From Piedraia hortae CBS 480.64 (lineage: Eukaryota): 20,000 nt of DNA. Position 1 is the stretch's first letter. Every line of letters begins with the position of its first letter. The translations under genes were made by a program, and so were the position numbers. The notes below the pieces were generated by a model that saw only the letters and a program-made list of their open reading frames with translations, searched no databases and was not told the DNA's origin. Of this stretch, positions 8,715 through 17,545 are shown in pieces. Location: assembly GCA_010093745.1 (NCBI GenBank), contig MU005974.1, positions 230,037 through 250,036 of the forward strand. Reading direction: 5' to 3'.

Positions 8715-10235
8715 ATGGATGAATCCGACCAGACAGCTGTGATCGGCGGTACCAAACGGAAGCGCGATGGGGACGCATTATTAGAGTCGGACAGACCCCC
8801 GAAACGCTTTGCTACAAGTCTTTCGATTTGTTCTTTTGATATAAGCGGTCCGGATGACCCCGTTGCTCATTGGGTTTCAGCATCCAACTGGCCATCCAGC
8901 ATGGGCGAACCTTCCAACCCCCGAAAGCGGACTGCAGAGTCTATAACCACAGTCCCGATCAACGAATACAAAAAGGTTATTGTTCAGCTTCCAACGAACG
9001 TCCAAAATTTGATGAAGCGGGAAAACTTGGAAAAGTACAGCAAGTATGGGAACGGTGTCTATCTGCCCGTTCCGGATACAGGGCTTGATTCTGCTAAAGC
9101 GTGGGACGAGAGGAAAGAAATTTGCGAAGATTCAAACGAATCCTACCTTGTCCAATATTTGACCAAACTCATCCTGCCATGCCCCGCTGACATACTGACC
9201 AATGACGACCCTGGGAGGACGGAAATTCAGAATCTTCCTGATGTCGACTGGGAATGGAAACTGTCGGATGGAAAACCACCGAGGCCGAACATCACTCTCG
9301 GTTTAATGCCGCAAGTTTTCACCACAACGCAGCTGAGAAGACTTGAAAATTACAATCAAGTAAGACCAGCAGCGTTCGCGAGAGGGCTGTTTTTCCCATT
9401 CTTCGTGTGTGAGGTGAAGGCCCACGACGGCAAATGGGATGAAGGACTAAAACAGGAGTTTGGTGCTGCGGCTACCTATGTTGACGCAATCGTTCAGTTG
9501 TGCGAGGCTGTCAAACCTGATGAGGTTAACCAGCTGCAGGGCCAGATCCTTGGCTTTGGCATGTTGCACAACCATAAGAAAATTGAAATCTATGGACACT
9601 TCTTTCTCAAGGACGATGACGAGAAGGAGATCAACTACTATCGCCACAAGTTTTTCGACATCCAAGTCAGCGAAAACTTTGAAGTGAATCCTGACTATGG
9701 CGTCCCGGGTGGGAGACATCCAGATCGCAGGATGAGTAGTAAATCTGCTGCAATTATTCAGGAGCTGTACACCAAATTTTATGCCTTGCACAAGAAAAGA
9801 ATCATGGACTATGTGAACATGCTGCCTGACGCAACAGATCTACAAGTGGGCATCACCCAGGAGCATCTTGAGGCGACATCTAGCAAGAGACAAAGGACTA
9901 CCGCCAACGCTACCTCCACCGCCCAGGCTAACAATAAAGTGATTGCGGCTAAGGATGAAGTGATTGAAAAGTTGGAGCAGCAAATTCAGCAAGTGCGTAT
10001 GGGTAAGGATGCAGAAATTGAAAGGAACGATCAGGCCAATGCCAAAGTAATTGCGGCTAAGGATGAAGTGATTGCGGCTAAAGTCGCAGAGAACGAGAGG
10101 TTGCTGCAACGGTTGCAGCAGATGAGGGAAGACGCTCAGGGAGACAAGCGCGCTTCTTTGCAACAAATCGAGTTCTTCCAACGTCAATGTGAGAGTCTAC
10201 AAGAGGAGTTGCGCAAGAATCAAAGGCCGAACTAG
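8715..10235 (+). CDS. Fungal PD-(D/E)XK/REase-fold-like protein (resembles the DUF7924-type family) with basic NLS-like patches and a C-terminal coiled coil, 506 aa
   Basis: Intact 1521-bp ORF. Ordered motifs DPVAHW..W P, SNESYL...LILP, PRPNITLG, FT..QL..L, FPFFVCEVK, ILGFG..H, IEIYGHF, YYRH, H.KRI..LP match my recollection of this family. TKRKR/PPKR and PRKR are basic patches, and the last ~110 aa are Q/E/K-rich. Confidence 0.8.
   Translation: MDESDQTAVIGGTKRKRDGDALLESDRPPKRFATSLSICSFDISGPDDPVAHWVSASNWPSSMGEPSNPRKRTAESITTVPINEYKKVIVQLPTNVQNLMKRENLEKYSKYGNGVYLPVPDTGLDSAKAWDERKEICEDSNESYLVQYLTKLILPCPADILTNDDPGRTEIQNLPDVDWEWKLSDGKPPRPNITLGLMPQVFTTTQLRRLENYNQVRPAAFARGLFFPFFVCEVKAHDGKWDEGLKQEFGAAATYVDAIVQLCEAVKPDEVNQLQGQILGFGMLHNHKKIEIYGHFFLKDDDEKEINYYRHKFFDIQVSENFEVNPDYGVPGGRHPDRRMSSKSAAIIQELYTKFYALHKKRIMDYVNMLPDATDLQVGITQEHLEATSSKRQRTTANATSTAQANNKVIAAKDEVIEKLEQQIQQVRMGKDAEIERNDQANAKVIAAKDEVIAAKVAENERLLQRLQQMREDAQGDKRASLQQIEFFQRQCESLQEELRKNQRPN
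9936..10081 (+). repeat. Intragenic coding repeat (KVIAAKDEVI x2 plus a partial third VIAAK)
   Basis: aaagtgattgcggctaaggatgaagtgattg at 9936-9966 and aaagtaattgcggctaaggatgaagtgattg at 10044-10074 (30/31 identical), the latter continuing cggctaa. Confidence 0.9.
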
Positions 10236-10546
10236 CCGCCGGATGTCAATTTAGAATGATTACAGAACGACCAGCGGGAGCACATGGGGAATTTGTATTT
10301 AGAAAGACTCAATGTGTGGTGCACACAGTTGATATTGATCACTTTAGTTGTAGTAGCTGTTGTCATCAACCATCCCCTTCCTTTCCTCCTCGACGACTAT
10401 CCTATTGACCATCAATCGCTCCCCTTGGTCGTCGTGATCTTGGACTATCATGGACCCTGTTTACTGACACCGACTGATTTTTTCCCCATCTAAGCATCCC
10501 AGACCTTGCCATAAGTTAACAGAGGTGCAGTGAGACTTGGGTCTCG

Positions 10547-10778
10547 CGGGAAACTCGCATTACCAACAGATATCATCATAAAGTCTGCGTCTCCCTCTAT
10601 TTCGTTTTTCCACGCATGCTTGGCCAAGTGCTCTCTCCTATATCATTACAGCTTCGCCCATTCTATCGTACTTGCAAAGCCTCTTCCATAGCCATATTGT
10701 CTTTCAATACCGTCGAATACTCTGATAACATACCCACAGACGGAACCTATCCCACGAACTCTCACCAACACCACCTCT
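10547..10778 (+). repeat. 232-bp direct repeat, copy B (partner 6481-6712)
   Basis: 222/232 identities to copy A. Confidence 0.97.
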
Positions 10779-10943
10779 AGTTAAAGGAAACGATGTTCTA
10801 ATAAGCAGCGGCACCTCACAGGTGTGTCAGTATACACGCGTATCTAGGGCTACTTGAAAATTTCTGAGTACTCGAACCCTGGTCAGGGATGTGGGTCATC
10901 ACCTGCGGATCGCTCCGTGGCGAACTGCACAACATTGGCTATT

Positions 10944-11508
10944 GTAATTGGTCAATGTGTGGTAGAGAGGGGCTGCTGAAGGTTTCACGAGGGTTCGAAT
11001 TGAGAGTGCCTGCGAAATTGTGATAGCCATGTTTGCCCAGCGATTAGGTACCCGAACTTCTAGGAAAGACTGTTCACCGTGGTCAGATTGGTGATGGAGC
11101 GGTACGCCACGAGTTTGACTCAGGTGCAGACGTCATCGAGCTGCGGCATTTAAATGTGGAATCCACCCTCTCACTTCCTAGGGCCAGCTTTCGTGCCGCA
11201 GACGCCAAATGTCTTTCATAGTCCTCTCTTACGTGTCGTCTAATCGTAGATTTAATTGTTCGTATCCTCGTTGGTGGTTTCGTGTTGGAAATTTCAGTTC
11301 TCCCTGTAGCTCGTGGACATACCCGCAGATAGGTAGCAGGTCTGTGAAGCGTGGGTCCAGGTCAGTGCACCTTGGATATAGTGAATATAAGAACGGGAAG
11401 TGACATGAAAGACAATGTTGTTGCTGCTACCTTTTTGCTGAGACTCTAGAGATGAGGTTGCTGGTCACCCTAGGCCTATCGGGACTGGCTCCCGACTAAC
11501 ATCAACAG
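10944..11508 (+). repeat. 565-bp inverted repeat, right arm; has solo-LTR-like ends if read as 10943-11507
   Basis: Reverse complement of 6770-7334. Read as 10943-11507 it starts TGT, ends ACA and is flanked by gctat / gctgt. Confidence 0.98.
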
Positions 11509-11758
11509 CTGTCAGTGTCGGAGTGACAGGTGAGTCATATTATTGTTTTAGACTTTTCCAAAAACACCCAAATTCAGAGGTAAAGCTTGGCGTACATTGC
11601 CACCGAAATTCTTGCTAGGAGCTGGGATGATTCCCAAATTTTCGCAAATTTTGAATTTTCGTGCGGTGAGTGATCACGGCCTGCCCCGCAAAGGGTCGCC
11701 CCACGAATCCGAACCCTAACATCACAACTGCTGCCAGCGAGCTCAGCGACAGCATCCC

Positions 11759-12703
11759 ATGTCCAAATTCACCCTCGCGCTTGTGGCGGGCGCGTCGGCA
11801 GCCATCGGGGCAGCTACAACAGCAGTAATCTACAGCTTCAGCGGCGATGAGCGGCGCTCAACGTCCATCTCCAGCGCGTCCCCGTCGCCTATCCCATCAC
11901 AACGGCAACAGGCGCCAGTTGACCCTGCCGGACTCTTCCAGTATGGCTTCCCCGGTCCAGTGGCAGACCTTCACAGCACACCAGCGCTGATATCGTGCTT
12001 CGATCGCGCACGGCGCAACCCTCACTGGGTAGCAGAACACATTACTCCAGCCTCGCTGCTCAGACGCGAAGGCGACCGCAGACTTTCCAATTTCGTTGAA
12101 GATCTTACCATTCCCGAGCACTTTCGCGCTAAGTTAAAGGACTACTTCCGCTCTGGCTACGACCGCGGCCATCAGGTGCCTGCAGCAGATGCCAAATGGA
12201 GCCAAGAGGCTATGGATAGTACCTTTGCCCTCAGCAACATGTGTCCGCAGGTGGGTGATGGCTTCAACCGCGACTACTGGGCCCATTTGGAGGATTTTTG
12301 TCGAAGGCTGACGAAGCGGTATCCGTCCGTCCGGATCGTTACGGGGCCGCTGTATCTCCCCAAAAGGGACGCTGTAGATGGCAAATGGAAGGTGACGTAC
12401 GAGGTTGTTGGCCATCCACCAAATGTCGCCGTGCCTACGCATTTCTACAAGGTCATATTCGCGGAAGATGGACATATCGGTGGCAATGTAAGCCTTGCGG
12501 CTTTTGTGCTGCCAAACGCGGTCATCAAAAATGATACGCCCTTGTCTCAGTTTGAGGTTCCCGTAGAAGCAGTGGAGAGAGCGAGTGGACTCGACTTTGC
12601 GAGATTGTTGCCTGAGAACCGAAAACGGAAGCTCTGCAAAGAAATGGATTGCTCGATTCTTGTAAAAGAGTATGACGACGCGAGGAAGAAACTGACGCAG
12701 TAA
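11759..12703 (+). CDS. NUC1: Mitochondrial DNA/RNA non-specific endonuclease (endonuclease G), 314 aa
   Basis: SGYDRGHQVPAAD (His-Me finger DRGH active site), TFALSNMCPQVGDGFNRDYWAHLE, VAVPTHFYKVI and YGFPGP; hydrophobic N-terminal targeting/anchor-like segment. Confidence 0.97.
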   Translation: MSKFTLALVAGASAAIGAATTAVIYSFSGDERRSTSISSASPSPIPSQRQQAPVDPAGLFQYGFPGPVADLHSTPALISCFDRARRNPHWVAEHITPASLLRREGDRRLSNFVEDLTIPEHFRAKLKDYFRSGYDRGHQVPAADAKWSQEAMDSTFALSNMCPQVGDGFNRDYWAHLEDFCRRLTKRYPSVRIVTGPLYLPKRDAVDGKWKVTYEVVGHPPNVAVPTHFYKVIFAEDGHIGGNVSLAAFVLPNAVIKNDTPLSQFEVPVEAVERASGLDFARLLPENRKRKLCKEMDCSILVKEYDDARKKLTQ

Positions 12704-15367
12704 TATGTATCATAGTGAATTCGATGTGGACCGCCGGAGCTGCCCCAGTTACTTTTGTCTCCGCCCGAGTTTTGAAGTTGTATGATAAAATTACTGCACT
12801 GTGGCCGTTGCTGGTGAATGTACGTTTGGAGGCCTTCACAAGCACTGAATCTTGTATCACAAATGTACCATGTCAATCACTCTTATCAGCTTACGCCCTT
12901 GAATCAATCACTGGTGTAACAGCAATCGAGGGTTTGTCACTGATTCAACAAGAGTGCCACTCGTCTCGGCGCGACCCTAGCCAGCTATAAAATCTCCCCA
13001 TTGCCCCGTCTGCTTTTCCATTAATCCAGTTCAGCTCACTTCAGAATGAGCAATCCATTACAAGATAATGGAACCTTTCACATTTCATCATTGAAAGAAT
13101 AGCCAGGACTGCCGGCAGCTTCAGCTATATTCTCCAATCATAGTCGGAGAGTTACATCGTCCAGTAACATAGCCTTTTTTTCAACAAGGTATTAGGATAC
13201 CTCCATGAAGGCCTACGAAAGATAAAGTGTATCGAGCCAAGATGCGCTTGAGGGATTTATGGGCCACTTCCCGACTTGGAACAAGTCACAACACCCTTTC
13301 AATTGATCAATAACATAGCAAACCTGGCAAAAAACGCTCGAGTATTGGCGTCTATCATACTCATAACGCACCCAACATCAGCTGATTTCAGACCCGAAAC
13401 ATGGGGCGTCTTCACTCTAGTCGGCTTTCTCCGATATCTACCTAATGCTGTACATCGAATGTGCGAAACGCCTCCCTTTCATGCCTGAAACCAATCATGA
13501 TACACTATCCTGGCAAGGGTGAGGACAAATCTTCTTCTCCAGAGAACTTCTCGGCCTTTGAACTCTTCAAACCCATGCCTGCAGACGACATACTATGCAA
13601 GATCATGCTATTTTCTTTCCAGACTAGTGGACGCGATAAGCCCGAACTCCACCCCCTCAAAAGCTTCTTCCCAGGACGATTGCAACAGAGGCACCCATAT
13701 CCGACGACTGGCTTAAGCCACAGCCCTGTCGAGCTCACCCAGAAATTTTCCACAGAATTTTACATAATCCCTCAAAGCACGAAGATGCAAAAGCCGAACA
13801 TATAGCATCTGAAGATGCAATTACACTGGACCATGCACCACGTCCTCCGGCGCCTGTGCACTAACATCGCAATCTTCCGATGTTAACCACAATACACCCC
13901 TCCCAAACGAGCGACATTTTCACGAAATGAAGAATACCAGCGGATTTTCTCCTAATGCACAGACGAGAATTAAGCTTTAGGGCCACATGCCTACCGCCTT
14001 ACATTTTTGATTCTAGCCCACCGTACAAGAGGTCAAGCGCTACGATATCATCAAGTGCGAATATACCATATACTTTCTGCTTGTGCCAGACGACCGTGCA
14101 GAGACAAATATTCACCCACTTCACCGGAAACCCTACTCGTGGGGTCCAGTGTGATAGGCCCGCAGGCCCAAAGAGCCGTGGGGAGAAACTGGGACTAATA
14201 CCCAAGCCCCAGACAGATCTCCGCTGCGGCCGCCTCCGCGTACGTTTGGACCTCTCTGAAGAGTGAAAGCAAGATGGGCAGAAGGTTAAGGGACCTTGAA
14301 TGGAATGCGGAGCCATTTCCACAACCACATTGTTTTCTGGCCACCATTGCGTCGAGTCAATGGGTATCAGAGCGAGATTAATGAAGCATTTTTTGACTTT
14401 GGTACACGCCATCATGCCAAAGACGGCTGCGTTGCGCCTCGGCCTTCTCACCTAGGACGATGAGAGGCCGGTGCCGTCTCTCCAAGTCACGGCGCGTCTT
14501 CTTTGGCTTTCTGTCTGTGGCTTCAACGGGAGGCCAAAGGGGAGACAAGAAGGAGTCATCGCCGTTCACCCTATGTGTTGTGGAGACAGCATCACGTTAT
14601 AAAGAAGGGGAGGGATCAGACACTTTCACACATAAAGATGCGAATCTGTGCACATTCCCATTTTACCTTGGTGTGCGCCAAACTGTGGTATATTTTTTAT
14701 ATGTGGCAAAATGTCAGCCTGCTGGTTTTTTGGATACACGTACCTGCACCTTGGACGAGAAAAGACAGGGACAGGTGTATGGATGAAATGCGAAGGAGCT
14801 GCAACGCTGCTCATCCAGATATGTTTCGAGGGATTCACAGCTCAGGAGCGAAAGCCTCACTCTGAGATCCGCAATCTCGAACAGCCCCTAATCACCCCCC
14901 CACCCATAAAGACGGCATGTCACCATTTCCACTTTCAGAAATTGGCACAATACGACGGAAACAGCACAGTACTCGAAAGCAGCGCTACTCTTCGCTCCAA
15001 CTGCCTGTCTCGTCAGTTCCCTTGACCAATTTTCAGGCGTGCCTGGTCCATCTCCATCGAGATACTTGGGGAGTATACCTCCGTCGTTACAATGACCTAA
15101 ACAAGCAGTTTATTGGCGTGTTATAGCATATTCGCTGTATGGAACGTCCCTCGACTACGGGGAAAAGTTGATGTACACCGAAGAGCTGATAGCTGCATCG
15201 ACAAGCGGCACCCACCAAAGGTGACGTGTGAACCGACGATGGATGCAGTAATATCAATCCCTATCTACATCGATCTAGAAACTGAAAACGACTTGACCAA
15301 GGACTCCGAAAAATCAGTCTTGGCAGATGTGTCTGCATTAAGGACATGATAAGGAGAATCGCCAACA

Positions 15368-15540
15368 CTGACTGGACCGTCGAGGTTCAGGTACATCCAC
15401 CTTAGCCGTTTTCAAGATTTAGAGAGTTCTCACTAGCCCAGAAGATACATGTGGTTTACTCTACGCCATGCCATGAGCGGATCCAGACTGTACCCAGCCC
15501 TTCCAGAGGTATACCCCACTACCTTCGGCTCTAAACCCTG
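15368..15540 (+). repeat. Diverged direct repeat, copy 1 (partner 16584-16759); probable decayed paralogous gene
   Basis: ctgactggaccgtcgaggttcaggt matches 16584-16608 at 24/25, followed by colinear shared words tctcact, catgagcg, cagaggtatacc and cactac.ttcg. Confidence 0.75.
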
Positions 15541-16583
15541 GACCACGTGCGTGCCATAAGCCAAGTACGGAGCCTCCTTTCACCCACAACCAACATCACA
15601 TTCGTCAGGGATTAGGGAAATATAGTGCCTGCAAGCCCATGGACACATTTTGAATCGGGGGATACTGACTAAAAGGAAGGAGTGCAAATCACAGATCGAT
15701 CCCCCCTTCCCATCTGTTGGTCTGTCTGTGCCTTGAAAGGGGAAGGAAATGGTTGGCTTCTTCGAGTGGGGTGAAGTACAACAAATCTACCGCATTCACG
15801 TATTTTTTAGGGCATGCACCGCATGTGGGCCAAGCATACAGCCTGAGTCATTCACGAAAAAAAAAAGCAGAATGGGTATGGCCATGCCAGCTACAAGAAA
15901 ATTGGACTTGTTGCACATCCACATCTCATGTTGGAGAGTTTGCGCAATGCGACAGGTGTGGAATAACATTACCCCGGTGTTGGAGGAACTGCCATTCCCA
16001 CCCTACTTGCTGGATCGCTGTCCCTACCTGCAAAGACATAGGGGCGCTTGGTCCGATCTTTCAAGCCGATTATGAACAAATACCTGGGTGGAAGATTCTG
16101 GGCTCCCTGACATTGTGCAGGCCCTCTTCCTGTCACCTTTGACGCTGCGGCTGTGCGGGATTGGGTGCAGCAGAAGCAAAAAATACTGCGACGAGCGTTT
16201 CCAGTGCGATGTGTGTCTGGGTGCATTACGCGTAAAGCAACCACCTGGGAACCCTGTCACCGTCAAAAGGGAATTAAGCTTCTTTAAGGACCTAAGGAAA
16301 CAGCTGATTGGGCAATTTACAGCACATTCGCTGTAGGATTGCTCCTCGACTACGATCCACAAGCGTAAGATGTGTGAGTACACTGAAGCGCTGATGCTTG
16401 TGTCGATAAATTACTACCTCATTTAAGCTGTCGGTGAGCAAAGATGGTTGCAATAATGTTAACATCCTTTTCACATCCATTCTGGAGGCTAACAAAGGGA
16501 GAATGACCAGAACAAAAGTCCCTGCTGTTGCGATCCACCGGAGACATGATGGAAAAGAAACCACAAACGATGCAGCTGTGACC

Positions 16584-16759
16584 CTGACTGGACTGTCGAG
16601 GTTCAGGTTCCTCTGCTTTCATCTAGGCTTGTTTTATATACCCAGGAATGTCTCACTGAAACCAAAGAACATTGAGACTCCTTCATCCACCATATCATGA
16701 GCGAAGAGGATTTACCCCGGTTCATCAGAGGTATACCACTACTTTCGCTTTAACGCCTG
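16584..16759 (+). repeat. Diverged direct repeat, copy 2 (partner 15368-15540)
   Basis: Same colinear anchors as copy 1, with small indels. Confidence 0.75.
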
Positions 16760-17347
16760 CGGTCGGCATGGATCTCACAACTAATAAACGGAACGCCACC
16801 TTCGCATTTGAGGAAAATCAAAGATGTCCCGAGTACTCATGCTCGAAATTTCCAACCGCATTCCACAATGTACCTATATTGTGTTGAATGCTGTTTATTT
16901 GAGTGTGCTGCCGTCCATAACTTGTGGAGAACGTCTACCACCCATCTAACTCTTCCTCCAAATGTTCAATACAACTCAAGAGGCTCGGGTATAACCTCAC
17001 GACCGAACCCGCCACGGCATTCCTTTGGCAGGGAGACTTGGAAGCAATGTGCTATTACGACATATATCGAATTATCAGCGGATCGACGTTACAGTCCGTG
17101 TTTTGGCAGAGAGACAAGGGCGGGGAGTGGAGGGGGAGAGGTATTTTATGAACCTACTTACCCGTGTACGTTCACAAGTGAGGGGGTTGTTGATCCCTAA
17201 CAGATGACTCCAAGTACTATCTTCATCCATCAGAAACAGAGAGGCTTGAGGCAGGAGGAATTTGGAAGCATACTGGGATCAGAAAAAGGACTTTGCTGAG
17301 TGTCCGCATGATGGCTCAGTCCTTTGGGTTGAAGATGGCGTGTGTGG

Positions 17348-17545
17348 GGCTTTTCGAAGTGAAATCACGCACAACAGTGTTAGACTACATCTATCACGAC
17401 TTTCCGACGTTCTACAAGGAATCAAAGAAGGTACGGTGTGATACTGGGGTAATATCTAAGGTATCTCTATCTTCTGCGGTCGAGCGACGAGGAGCCGCTC
17501 TTGAACCTTAGTTCTACATTACCTCTTCCAAGACACACAGAGATG
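17348..17545 (+). pseudogene. Copy 2 of the 198-bp repeat; disrupted paralogue of the 3679-4059 ORF
   Basis: 175/198 identities to the reverse complement of 3813-4010; a Tyr TAT codon of copy 1 is TAG here (17509-17511). Confidence 0.8.

Larger units (their letters stand above)
6770..11508. mobile_element. Candidate inverted-repeat-bounded cassette (non-autonomous long-TIR element or invertible segment), 4739 bp
   Basis: Identical 565-bp arms around a 3609-bp core that carries one intact nuclease-like gene. No target-site duplication across the outer ends (gaggcaatc | ctgtcagtg) and no transposase seen, so mobility is inferred only. Confidence 0.5.

Noticed and set aside
7335..10943. Mating-type locus inversion (core size resembles the 3.6-kb Sclerotinia MAT inversion)
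   Set aside because: No HMG-box or alpha-box ORF and no SLA2/APN2 neighbours; the size match is coincidental.
11479..11508. Helitron-like 3' end (hairpin tcggga-ctggc-tcccga near the arm terminus)
   Set aside because: The stem is only 6 bp and the terminus is not CTRR.
6761..11517. Canonical Mutator/hAT/Tc1 element with outer TSD
   Set aside because: The outer flanks gaggcaatc and ctgtcagtg do not match, and no DDE transposase is visible.
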